Shown: positions 29,840-38,613, counted from the stretch's first letter. The stretch: DNA of 64,000 bases from Clostridia bacterium (GCA_045537695.1 JAZSQB010000023.1:15605-79604), one strand, 5' to 3'. Program-made: numbers and translations. The notes: generated by a model from the sequence alone, not told the origin.

Positions 29840-30232
29840 TCAAATATCCGTTTTCCAAAACCCATGCTGATTGCAAAAGGCATATACGCAAACGGCTTTA
29901 TCATCCGCAGACAAGTAAAACGTCGCCACCGGCTCCTTTTGTTTTTCCAAACAAATGCGCTGACACCCTTTTTTCGTTTGCAGATAGATAAAACCGATGC
30001 TATGCTCCTCCGTCATCGGATGCATCACCCTGCCGACACCGACCTTAATTTTATTTTTATCCACTTCCACAACCGGCAAATGTTTTTCTTCAATTTCTTC
30101 TGAGCTTTGCGCCACCATGCGGGACAGTTTTTCACCACAGCAGTGTATTTCATCGTCTTTTTTTCCGCCGCGGATGACTTCTATGATGTGCTCACAATGA
30201 TTTCCCAAATAAAATATCGGCTCTTTTTTCAT
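29840..30232 (-). CDS. dfx: desulfoferrodoxin-family superoxide reductase
   Basis: 130 aa from MKKEPIFY. EKHLPVVE, HPMTEEHSI and CNQHGFW ligand motifs of the SOR centre. The N-terminal domain keeps only 3 of 4 Cys. The ORF-track 5' extension overlaps rbr and was rejected. Confidence 0.85.
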   Translation of the reverse strand: MKKEPIFYLGNHCEHIIEVIRGGKKDDEIHCCGEKLSRMVAQSSEEIEEKHLPVVEVDKNKIKVGVGRVMHPMTEEHSIGFIYLQTKKGCQRICLEKQKEPVATFYLSADDKAVCVYAFCNQHGFWKTDI

Positions 30233-30237
30233 CTGGT

Positions 30238-30855
30238 TCACTCCTTTACAGACTGAGCATCCGAAGCACGATACGGTGACATCGCATAGAGCAAAAACTG
30301 TCCCTGTACTGCATCGCAAACCGGGCACTTGCCCGGTGCGCTCTTGCCTGTATGAATATGTCCACAATTTTGGCACATCCATACGGTCTCTGTCTCCGAA
30401 GAAAACAGTTCGTTTCTTTCCAGCAAATCCGCAAATTTACCGAAACGTTCGGCGTGCACATGCTCTACCGCAGCAATCATTTCAAATTTTGCCGCAATTT
30501 CCGGATAGCCTTCCTCCTGCGCTATCTTTGCAAACGTCGGATAGACTGAAGAATATTCATCCGTCTCCCCATGCTGCGCCGCGCGCAAAAGACGGTCAAC
30601 CTCAGCGTAATTATCGACCGGATAGTCACCGGAAATCACAATTTTTTCACCAGACATCTGTTTTAGAAAATCATAAAACACTTCCGCATGTTCTTTCTCC
30701 TGATTTGCCGTATACAAAAACACATCCGAAATGATTGGCAAATTTAATTTTCTTGCCTTCTGGGCCGCAATGGTGTAACGATTTCTCGCCTGGCTTTCTC
30801 CTGCAAACGCACGCATTAAATTAATTCTTGTTTCACTGTTTTTAAACTCTACCAT
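30238..30855 (-). CDS. rbr: rubrerythrin
   Basis: MVEFKNSETRINLMRAFAGESQARNRY, EKEHA/EHVHAERF di-iron motifs and a C-terminal CxxC...CxxC rubredoxin-like domain. aaggaga RBS before ATG 30855. Confidence 0.9.
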   Translation of the reverse strand: MVEFKNSETRINLMRAFAGESQARNRYTIAAQKARKLNLPIISDVFLYTANQEKEHAEVFYDFLKQMSGEKIVISGDYPVDNYAEVDRLLRAAQHGETDEYSSVYPTFAKIAQEEGYPEIAAKFEMIAAVEHVHAERFGKFADLLERNELFSSETETVWMCQNCGHIHTGKSAPGKCPVCDAVQGQFLLYAMSPYRASDAQSVKE

Positions 30856-31162
30856 AATATCGTCTCCTTTCAATATCAATATTTTTTTGCATTTTTATAT
30901 GAATTATTCCTATAATTTGTTTAAATCAAAAAAAGTATATTAAAACAAAAACAACGAAGGGCGATTGCTTTAGATTTGTATTATATATAAATTCACAACT
31001 TGAAGACCGTACTGTGGATTTACGCTCAAACATGATTTTAGGAAAAAACAGTCAAAGCGTACAAATCTCTCTTGTCCGTATGGATTTGATTTAAGAAAGC
31101 ATAAAAGCTATGTACGCCTAATTAATAATTTAAATTTTTTTCACTTTTTTGCAAAAAAAGTG

Positions 31163-31191
31163 TTGACAAACCATAATTTCTGCTGTATAAT
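31163..31191 (+). promoter_or_regulatory. consensus sigma-A promoter of tRNA-Leu (TTGACA-17-TATAAT)
   Basis: Both hexamers are perfect with a 17-nt spacer. An A/T near-palindrome CACTTTTTTGCAAAAAAAGTG lies just upstream, and the tRNA begins about 14 nt downstream. Confidence 0.8.
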
Positions 31192-31204
31192 AAGCAAGTC
31201 GTTT

Positions 31205-31288
31205 GCGAGTGTGCTGGAATCGGCAGACAGGCACGTTTGAGGGGCGTGTGCTTATGGCGTATGGGTTCAAGTCCCATCACTCGCACCA
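31205..31288 (+). tRNA. tRNA-Leu (anticodon GAG), type II with long variable arm, CCA encoded
   Basis: Hand fold: acceptor GCGAGTG/CACTCGC, D region GGAATCGGCAGAC, anticodon stem CACGT/GCGTG with loop TTGAGGG, T arm ATGGG-TTCAAGT-CCCAT, discriminator A, then CCA. Confidence 0.9.
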
Positions 31289-31296
31289 GAAAAAGA

Positions 31297-31323
31297 GGGT
31301 ATCCGAAAGGATGCCCCTTTTTT
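31297..31323 (+). terminator. terminator after tRNA-Leu
   Basis: GGGTATCC-GAAA-GGATGCCC followed by T6. Confidence 0.7.
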
Positions 31324-31482
31324 ATTCCCTCATTAAAATGGGACTTGAACCCTAAGAGGGCGGTTTGCGTTAAGAAAAAGTTGCCGGTGGAAGGATACCC
31401 CTTTTTTAAACATAGTTATAGGAGCAAAACCTTATAAAAGCATTCCAAAAAATTATTTTGTAATATTTTTTTAACATTTTTA

Positions 31483-31511
31483 TTGCTCTTTTCCACAACA
31501 TATGGTATACT
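31483..31511 (+). promoter_or_regulatory. putative promoter of the two-component operon (TTGCTC-17-TGgTATACT)
   Basis: Hexamers with a 17-nt spacer and an extended -10 TG, about 35 nt before the RR start. Confidence 0.6.
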
Positions 31512-31546
31512 GAATATATACGAATAATAAAAAGGAGCGCTGCGGT

Positions 31547-32230
31547 ATGAAAATATTAATCGTAGACGATGAAAAATTGCTTGTAAAGGGCATTAAATTT
31601 AATTTAGAGCAGGATGGCTATACCTGTGAAACCGCTTTTGACGGCGAAGAAGCAGTGAAGATGGCAAAGGATAAAAGTATTAATTTAATTATTCTCGATT
31701 TGATGTTGCCAAAAATTGATGGTTTGGATGCATGCCAGAAAATCCGTGAATTTTCAAATGTGCCTATCATTATGCTGACCGCAAAAGGCGAAGATATGGA
31801 CAAGATTATGGGACTTGAGTATGGCGCGGACGATTATATGACAAAGCCATTTAATATTTTAGAGCTTAAAGCGCGCGTTAAGGCTATTTTACGCCGTCAG
31901 GCACACGCTACAGCCGGTACAGAAAGCACACAAACAGACAACGGCGATATTAAGATTGATTACAATCAACGCCACGTTATCGTTGCCGGTCGTGAAATTA
32001 ACTTGACAAGCAAAGAATTTGATTTGATGGACTTATTCATTTCGAATCCAAACAAGGTTTACAGCCGTGATAATCTTTTGGACATCGTTTGGGGCTATGA
32101 TTACCCGGGCGACATCCGTACCGTGGACGTACACGTGCGTCGTCTACGCGAAAAAATAGAGCCGGATGCAGCCGAGCCGAAATACATCCGCACAAAATGG
32201 GGAGTTGGTTACTATTATACAAATGTTTAA
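31547..32230 (+). CDS. OmpR/PhoB-family response regulator
   Basis: Receiver domain (ILIVDDE...DLMLPKIDG...LTAKG) plus a winged-helix output domain (VDVHVRRLREKIE...IRTKWGVGY). Confidence 0.92.
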   Translation: MKILIVDDEKLLVKGIKFNLEQDGYTCETAFDGEEAVKMAKDKSINLIILDLMLPKIDGLDACQKIREFSNVPIIMLTAKGEDMDKIMGLEYGADDYMTKPFNILELKARVKAILRRQAHATAGTESTQTDNGDIKIDYNQRHVIVAGREINLTSKEFDLMDLFISNPNKVYSRDNLLDIVWGYDYPGDIRTVDVHVRRLREKIEPDAAEPKYIRTKWGVGYYYTNV

Positions 32231-33653
32231 TCCTAAAAAAATCAATGCTTCCCTGCGTTGGAAAACGTCACTTGCATATGTATTGATTTCTTTGCTGATG
32301 ATGTTTTTAATCAGCATTTACGTTGTCTCCGCACTCAAAGATTATTTTTATGACCGCGAGCGCGTGGATTTACTTGCAAAAGCAAACATTGTGGCGGACA
32401 TCGCTGCGCAAGGATCCATTGAAACCGGTAAATTCAGCATATCCGGCGATTTATTTGATGAGCCGGTGCGTGTGCTGATTTTAGACTCACACTCCTATGT
32501 GTGCTATGACAACAGTACCGAAGCTAGCTTAAACGGTAAATTCTATGTATCCGGCACAAAAGTAATCAGCGAGGCAAATACAGGTACAAGTTCCTGGGCT
32601 GTGTCAGATAACACGGACGGCACACACAGCATGGAGGTTGCGCTGCCGATTAAAAAAGCAGATACCATCATCGGCTTTGTGTTTTTGAAAAAAGCACTGA
32701 CGGATGCGGACTTATATTTAAGGGACATTCGCTCTACCCTGCTCATTCTCACAATTGTATCTGCCCTTTTGATGGCGATTATGAGCTTTTTACTGGCAAA
32801 TGTTATCACTTCGCCGCTCACCCGCCTGACAAAGGCAGCAGAAGAAATTTCAGAAGGTGATTTCAGTCAAAAAGTAGAGGTCGTCGGTCATGACGAAATT
32901 GCAAGACTTGGTGAATCATTCAACAACATGTCCGGCAAGCTGACGCTGATGGAGGAAAAACGAAAGCAATTCGTTTCCGATGCATCGCACGAATTGAAAA
33001 CACCGCTCGCTACAATCAAGCTTTCCTGCGAGTCCGCAAAATCCGCATTGGACAGCGGTGGCAATGTAGAAATGGCAAGTGAATTTATGAGCGACATCAT
33101 CGGCGAAATCGACCGATTGAACCGCATCATCGAAAAGCTCTTAACGATGACGAAAAATGATTCGCAGGTTGTTCGTACAGATATCACAACTGTAGATGTG
33201 CACAATTTGATTGTTTCTATTATCAAAAAGCTATCCCCCTTGGCACGCGAGAAAAATATCAACCTTTCATTTATCGGTGACGATGACGAAAATCATATTC
33301 AGATGTTAGCAGACTACGACAAACTGTATGAGGCAATCTACAACATTGCAGACAACAGCATTAAATATACCAACGAAGATGGGTTTGTAAAAATCACACT
33401 CCGCGGCGATATAACAAAAACCATTATCGAAATAGAAGACAACGGTATTGGTATCCCGAAGGACCAGGAAGGTCTGATTTTTGACCGATTTTATCGTGTG
33501 GACCGCGCACGCGCAAGAGATACGGGCGGTACCGGTCTCGGTCTGTCCATCGCAAACGAGGCTGTGCAAGCGCATGGCGGACATATTGAACTCATCAGTT
33601 CAGAAGGTGTTGGCAGTAAATTTATTATTGTTTTACCATATTCAGGTAAATAA
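32223..33653 (+). CDS. sensor histidine kinase (2 TM, HAMP, HisKA, HATPase_c)
   Basis: H-box FVSDASHELKTPLA, N-box DNSIKYT, G-boxes DNGIGIP and GTGLGLSI. The start ATG 32223 overlaps the RR stop. Confidence 0.9.
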   Translation: MFNPKKINASLRWKTSLAYVLISLLMMFLISIYVVSALKDYFYDRERVDLLAKANIVADIAAQGSIETGKFSISGDLFDEPVRVLILDSHSYVCYDNSTEASLNGKFYVSGTKVISEANTGTSSWAVSDNTDGTHSMEVALPIKKADTIIGFVFLKKALTDADLYLRDIRSTLLILTIVSALLMAIMSFLLANVITSPLTRLTKAAEEISEGDFSQKVEVVGHDEIARLGESFNNMSGKLTLMEEKRKQFVSDASHELKTPLATIKLSCESAKSALDSGGNVEMASEFMSDIIGEIDRLNRIIEKLLTMTKNDSQVVRTDITTVDVHNLIVSIIKKLSPLAREKNINLSFIGDDDENHIQMLADYDKLYEAIYNIADNSIKYTNEDGFVKITLRGDITKTIIEIEDNGIGIPKDQEGLIFDRFYRVDRARARDTGGTGLGLSIANEAVQAHGGHIELISSEGVGSKFIIVLPYSGK

Positions 33654-33733
33654 TTTATCTTTTTTTTCGCGATTTAACAGTTTTGTAATGTTTATATGCT
33701 AAACTGATTAAAGAACGAAAGGTTGGTGGATGT

Positions 33734-34741
33734 ATGCACCTTACAAAAAAGAGTAAAACGATTATAACGGTTTTGCTTTGCATTCTTCTGGTTACAGCTG
33801 CTACGATTGGCGCATATTTGTTTTTTAAGCCGGGCAATGCAGGACCAAAGCAAAGCTTCAATTTGTATTTTTTGGACAGCACCGGTGCAAACTTTGCAAC
33901 GGAAAAACGTAGCATCGAAATGACACCGGAGCTTATCGGCAGCGAAAAAAAGCTGCTTACAACGTTAGTAAATGCACTGCTTGCCGGTCCAAAGGATTCG
34001 GTAGTAAACAAACGTGCCATTCCCGCTGATGCACAGCTAAAAAGTCTGCGAATTGGCGAAAACAGAATTGCAACGATTAATTTTTCTGAAGGATTTAAAG
34101 CCAAGACGGATTTAGAAAACTATTTCTCCGTTTGCACCATTGTTTTAACCATTTGCGACACCGGCAAAGCAGACAAGGTGAATGTGCAGGTTGAAGGCCA
34201 AGACATTATCGGTCAGGGCATAATTCCGCTCGGTGCACTTGGAAAAGAAGATATTGTAAATGCTTCAAAACTAAAAGATGCTTCCGCACAAAAGACAATT
34301 CAGCTGTACTATCCGAACGCTACAGAAGATGCATTGATTAAAGAAGAACGTGCATTACAGGTAGACGGTGGCGCAATTAACGAGACTGTTATTTTAACTG
34401 AATTAATCAAAGGTTCAAAGCTCAAAGAAGCCACCAACGTCATTCCGGCTTCTACCAAAGTATTGTCTTGCGAAACCAAAGAAGGCATTTGTTATGTAAA
34501 TTTATCTAAAGATTTTATAGACAAAAAGCCACAGGGTAGCGCAGCAGAAACAATGGTAATCAATTCAATTGTACAAACGCTGACAAACTTAGACGGTGTA
34601 AATAAAGTTATGTTTTTAATTGAAGGTGAAAAGGTGGAGACCTACGGACAAATGGTGTTTGATGAACCGTTTTCAGGCAACCAATCCGCGCAAAGCAAAA
34701 CGGCAACTGAAGTTAAAGATAACACAACCAGTAAAAATTAA
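33734..34741 (+). CDS. GerM-domain (GerMN x2) exported protein
   Basis: N-terminal signal/anchor helix followed by two repeats with the GerMN pattern (LYF.D....L..E.R.I......L....V.ALLAGPK...). Confidence 0.7.
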   Translation: MHLTKKSKTIITVLLCILLVTAATIGAYLFFKPGNAGPKQSFNLYFLDSTGANFATEKRSIEMTPELIGSEKKLLTTLVNALLAGPKDSVVNKRAIPADAQLKSLRIGENRIATINFSEGFKAKTDLENYFSVCTIVLTICDTGKADKVNVQVEGQDIIGQGIIPLGALGKEDIVNASKLKDASAQKTIQLYYPNATEDALIKEERALQVDGGAINETVILTELIKGSKLKEATNVIPASTKVLSCETKEGICYVNLSKDFIDKKPQGSAAETMVINSIVQTLTNLDGVNKVMFLIEGEKVETYGQMVFDEPFSGNQSAQSKTATEVKDNTTSKN

Positions 34742-34818
34742 CAATAGATAAAATAACCTCCTATAGTAGAATAAAAGAAACTACTAAGAGCAAGTGTTTC
34801 TAAGAATACTTTATAATA

Positions 34819-34866
34819 ATAACCTCTCAAAATGCATGGTAATGCAATTTGAGAGGTTATTTTTCT
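34819..34866. terminator. bidirectional terminator between the gerM-like gene and serA
   Basis: AACCTCTCAAA...TTTGAGAGGTT, an 11-bp stem, with a T-run on the plus side and A/T on the other side. Confidence 0.75.
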
Positions 34867-35022
34867 ATGTGTTTGCTTTGTAAACTCCATATATTTATCT
34901 TACGGCAAATGCAATATAATTTTGTAAATAAAATTGCGATAGCTATATATCGAGCCGCAAGGCACATTGTACGTAAACACATACTGGAGTGGTTCACGCT
35001 TTATAGTTTTTTATCAGCTAAA

Positions 35023-36192
35023 TTAGCGAATCACACGTACGCCGAGCACATCCGGTGTGTTCTTAAGTGTCTCCAGATCTGCCTCTGTAACATCACCTTC
35101 AATATCCATGATGGTGTAAGCGTAATCTTTCTTACTCTTATTCATCATATGCGCGATATTGATGCCCTTCTCCGCAATCATACTCGAAAAACCGCTGAGC
35201 ATATTCGGAATATTTCTGTGGATGATTGTGATACGCACATCCGTTTCTCTTTCCATCGAGCAGTTCGGCAGATTTACAGAGTTTGTGATGTTACCGTTTT
35301 CAAGGTAATCTGCAAGCTCTTTTGCAGCCATAACTGCGCAGTTGTCTTCAGATTCCGGTGTAGAAGCACCAAGGTGCGGAATCGGCACTACGTTCTTAAC
35401 GCCGATCACATCTGCATCAGGGAAGTCTACAACATATTTTGCAACCGTACCGTCAAAGAGAGCACGCTTGAGCGCATCTGCATCTACAAGGGCAGCTCTG
35501 GAGAAGTTTAAGAGTCGAACCCCCTTCTTCATCTGGTCAAACGCTTCTGTATTAAGCATGCCGCGTGTTGCATCATTAAGCGGCACGTGCAAAGTGATAT
35601 AATCACAGTTTGCATAAATATCCTTAAGCTCTGTTGCCTTGATTGCGTTTCTGGAAAGCTTCCATGCAGCATCTACGGAGAGGTACGGATCGTAACCGAT
35701 GACCTTCATACCAAGACCAATAGCCGCATTTGCAACCATGATACCGATTGCGCCGAGACCGATAACGCCGAGCGTCTTACCCTCAAGCTCCGGACCTACG
35801 AATGCGCTCTTGCCTTTTTCCACCTGCTTTGCAACGTCGCCGTCAGCTTCTGTGAGCGTCTTTGTCCATTCGATACCGCCGACAATGTCGCGAGATGCGA
35901 GGAAAAGACCTGCAATTGTCAGTTCTTTTACGGCATTTGCGTTTGCACCCGGTGTGTTAAATACAACGATACCATTTTCGCTGCAACGGTCAATCGGAAT
36001 ATTGTTTACGCCGGCACCTGCTCTTGCAACTGCCTTCAAATCCTGCGGAAATTCCATTTCATGCATGGAAAAGCTTCTTAAAATAATACCATCTGCCGGC
36101 TTTGTTGCATCATCCGTAACGGTGTATGCCTTCGGACTGAGCTGATCAAGGCCGCACTTTGCAATTTTGTTGAGTGTTAAAATATTATACAT
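35023..36192 (-). CDS. serA: D-3-phosphoglycerate dehydrogenase with C-terminal ACT domain
   Basis: 2-hydroxyacid dehydrogenase NAD motif GVIGLGAIGIMVA, catalytic HLGAST, ACT-like tail. Start at MYNILTLNK, 14 nt after the serC stop. Confidence 0.9.
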   Translation of the reverse strand: MYNILTLNKIAKCGLDQLSPKAYTVTDDATKPADGIILRSFSMHEMEFPQDLKAVARAGAGVNNIPIDRCSENGIVVFNTPGANANAVKELTIAGLFLASRDIVGGIEWTKTLTEADGDVAKQVEKGKSAFVGPELEGKTLGVIGLGAIGIMVANAAIGLGMKVIGYDPYLSVDAAWKLSRNAIKATELKDIYANCDYITLHVPLNDATRGMLNTEAFDQMKKGVRLLNFSRAALVDADALKRALFDGTVAKYVVDFPDADVIGVKNVVPIPHLGASTPESEDNCAVMAAKELADYLENGNITNSVNLPNCSMERETDVRITIIHRNIPNMLSGFSSMIAEKGINIAHMMNKSKKDYAYTIMDIEGDVTEADLETLKNTPDVLGVRVIR

Positions 36193-36205
36193 GACAGCGA
36201 CCCCC

Positions 36206-37288
36206 TTATTTATTTTCAGCTTCAAACTTCTTCATGAAGTCTACGAGTGCCTGTACGCCTTCAATTGGCATAGCATTGTAGATGCTTGCTCGCATACCGC
36301 CGACAACTCTGTGACCCTTCAAGTTCACAAAGCCTGCTGCTGCAGCTTCCTTGATGAATTTAGCGTTGAGCTCTTCATCGTCAGTTACAAACGGAACGTT
36401 CATCAAAGAACGATCTTCCTTAACAACCGTACCCTTAAACATTTCAGAGCTGTCTAAGAAATCATAAAGAATCTTTGCCTTTGCCTTGTTGATTTCGTAC
36501 ATCTTCTCGATGCCGCCGATGCTCTTTAAGTACTTAAACACAAGACCGCAAATGTAGATGGAATAGCACGGCGGTGTGTTGTAGAGAGAATCGTTGCTTG
36601 CATGTGTTTCCAAATTAAACATGGTTGGTGTAATATCCATAGCGTTGCCGATAAGGTCTTCGCGAACGATAATAATCGTTACACCTGCCGGACCAACGTT
36701 TTTCTGTGCACCGAAGTAAATCATACCGTACTTGGAAACATCTACCGGCTCAGAGAGAATGCAGGAGGACATATCCGTTACAATCGGAACGTCGCCCGTA
36801 TCCGGCAATTCGTTGTACTTTGTACCGAAAATTGTATTGTTAGAAGTGATATGTACATAATCTGCTTCCGGATCAAACATAGATTTGTCAAGCTTTGGAA
36901 TATAGTTAAATACCTTATCCTCGCTGGAAGCTACTTTTCTCGGATTGCCGTACTTCTGCGCCTCGGAGAATGCCTTTTTGGACCACTGACCGGTAATTAC
37001 ATAGTCAGCCTTACCATTCTTTGTCATCAGGTTTAACGGCACCATTGCAAATACGCTGGAAGCACCGCCCTGCACGAACAATACCTTGTAATTGTCCGGA
37101 ATGTTTAAAAGCTCTCTTAAGTCTGCTTCCGCGGTCTTGATGATATCATCATACACCTTGGAGCGATGGCTCATCTCCATAACGCTCATGCCGGAATCAC
37201 CGTAATTGAGCATTTCCTCAGCAGCCTGCTTTAAAACAGCCTCCGGAAGCATGGACGGACCTGCCGAAAAATTGTACACACGTTTCAT
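36206..37288 (-). CDS. serC: 3-phosphoserine aminotransferase
   Basis: 360 aa, YNFSAGPSMLPE...GAQKNVGPAG..., classic SerC. Confidence 0.93.
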   Translation of the reverse strand: MKRVYNFSAGPSMLPEAVLKQAAEEMLNYGDSGMSVMEMSHRSKVYDDIIKTAEADLRELLNIPDNYKVLFVQGGASSVFAMVPLNLMTKNGKADYVITGQWSKKAFSEAQKYGNPRKVASSEDKVFNYIPKLDKSMFDPEADYVHITSNNTIFGTKYNELPDTGDVPIVTDMSSCILSEPVDVSKYGMIYFGAQKNVGPAGVTIIIVREDLIGNAMDITPTMFNLETHASNDSLYNTPPCYSIYICGLVFKYLKSIGGIEKMYEINKAKAKILYDFLDSSEMFKGTVVKEDRSLMNVPFVTDDEELNAKFIKEAAAAGFVNLKGHRVVGGMRASIYNAMPIEGVQALVDFMKKFEAENK

Positions 37289-37447
37289 AATTTACCACTT
37301 ACCTTTCTGTTCCCTTTGTAGCCGCCGTAGCACCGGCGGTGGGCGCACGGAACCATGCGCAAAATTAATCAAACTGCCAAAACAGCAATTTATAATATTA
37401 TACTACTTTCGATAAAGAATAGTCAATAGAAAGCACCAAAAAAACTA

Positions 37448-37476
37448 TTGCGAATTTTACATTTCTGCGCTATAAT
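37448..37476 (+). promoter_or_regulatory. putative promoter of mnmA (TTGCGA-17-TATAAT)
   Basis: Hexamers with a 17-nt spacer, about 28 nt before aaggag-ATG. Confidence 0.65.
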
Positions 37477-37504
37477 TTATTAAAGACAAAAAGGAGATAT
37501 CTCT

Positions 37505-38569
37505 ATGAAAAAAGTAATGATTGGCATGAGCGGCGGTGTGGACAGTTCCGTGGCGGCACTGCTACTGCTCCGGCAGGGCTATAAGCCGGTAGGTGCTACG
37601 CTTAAGCTGCACGAAAAACCAACAAATGATGACGAAGGAAGTTGCGGTTCACTTTCGGACGTTGACGAGGCGCGCAAGTGTGCCGAAAACCTGGGGTTTT
37701 CGCATTTTGTTTTTGATTTGAGCGCAGATTTTCAAAAATGTGTCATCGACAAGTTTGTAGACGAATATAAATCGGGTCGCACGCCGAATCCGTGCATTGA
37801 ATGTAACCGCTATATCAAGTTTGCCAAAATGCTTGAAAAAGCGCAAGAAATCGGATGCGACTGCATCGCAACCGGACACTATGCACAAATTGACTTTGAT
37901 GAACCCTCTGGCCGCTATCTGTTAAAAAAATCTAAGGATGCAACGAAAGATCAGACATATGTTTTATATAATCTTACACAGCATCAGCTCGCGCACACGC
38001 TCTTCCCACTCGGTGGCTACAGCAAAGCAGAGGTGCGCGCCATCGCAGAGGAAAACGGTCTGTTAAACGCAAAAAAGAAGGACAGTCAGGACATTTGCTT
38101 TATCCCAGACGGAGATTATGCCGCCTATATCCAAAACACGACCGGTCTTACCTTTCCGGCAGGCGATTATACCGACGTTGGCGGCAATATTTTAGGTAAG
38201 CATGCAGGCATTATTCACTATACCGTCGGACAGCGCAAGGGACTTGGTATCACATTCGGCGAACCGCGTTTTGTCATTTCAAAGAATGCCGAAACAAACA
38301 CCGTTGTCCTCGGCAAAAGCGAAGGATTGTTTACGGATACCTGCACGGTGGCAAATGTCAACTGGATTCAGATCGAAAGCCTCAACGCGCCAATGCACGT
38401 AACAGCGAAAACAAGATATTCCCAAAAAGAAACAGGCGCAACTATTTATCCGGCAGCAAATGGCACGGTTAAACTCGTATTCGATGAGAAGGTACGCGCC
38501 ATCTCTCCCGGTCAATCCGCAGTATTTTACGACGGCGACAGCGTAGTTGGCGGTGGCACAATTCTTTAA
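37505..38569 (+). CDS. mnmA: tRNA 2-thiouridine(34) synthase
   Basis: PP-loop IGMSGGVDSS, CNRYIKF, TGHYA and KDQTYVL motifs. Confidence 0.93.
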   Translation: MKKVMIGMSGGVDSSVAALLLLRQGYKPVGATLKLHEKPTNDDEGSCGSLSDVDEARKCAENLGFSHFVFDLSADFQKCVIDKFVDEYKSGRTPNPCIECNRYIKFAKMLEKAQEIGCDCIATGHYAQIDFDEPSGRYLLKKSKDATKDQTYVLYNLTQHQLAHTLFPLGGYSKAEVRAIAEENGLLNAKKKDSQDICFIPDGDYAAYIQNTTGLTFPAGDYTDVGGNILGKHAGIIHYTVGQRKGLGITFGEPRFVISKNAETNTVVLGKSEGLFTDTCTVANVNWIQIESLNAPMHVTAKTRYSQKETGATIYPAANGTVKLVFDEKVRAISPGQSAVFYDGDSVVGGGTIL

Positions 38570-38571
38570 AC

Positions 38572-38604
38572 AAAAAGGGAAGGTACAGCGTACCTACCCT
38601 TTTT
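38572..38604. terminator. bidirectional terminator (mnmA / Cys-rich gene)
   Basis: A5-GGGAAGGTAC-AGC-GTACCTACCC-T5 between convergent stops. Confidence 0.65.
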
Positions 38605-38613
38605 GTTAGCTTG

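Noticed and set aside
30233-30382. 50-codon 5' extension of the desulfoferrodoxin ORF.
   Set aside because: It overlaps the 3' end of rubrerythrin in another frame. The canonical Dfx N-terminus starts at MKKEPIFY.
30856-31140. I looked for a PerR/Fur-type 7-1-7 box (TTATAATnATTATAA-like) upstream of rbr-dfx.
   Set aside because: I found only loose AT-rich near-matches (for example TTATATGAATTATTCCTATAA), which are not convincing enough to annotate.
31237-31437. 66-aa plus-strand ORF.
   Set aside because: It starts inside the tRNA-Leu gene and runs through its terminator, so it is not credible as coding sequence.
34849-36145. Plus-strand ORFs of 220, 164 and 148 aa over serA.
   Set aside because: They are shadow ORFs opposite a complete SerA (NAD-binding motif, catalytic His, ACT domain).
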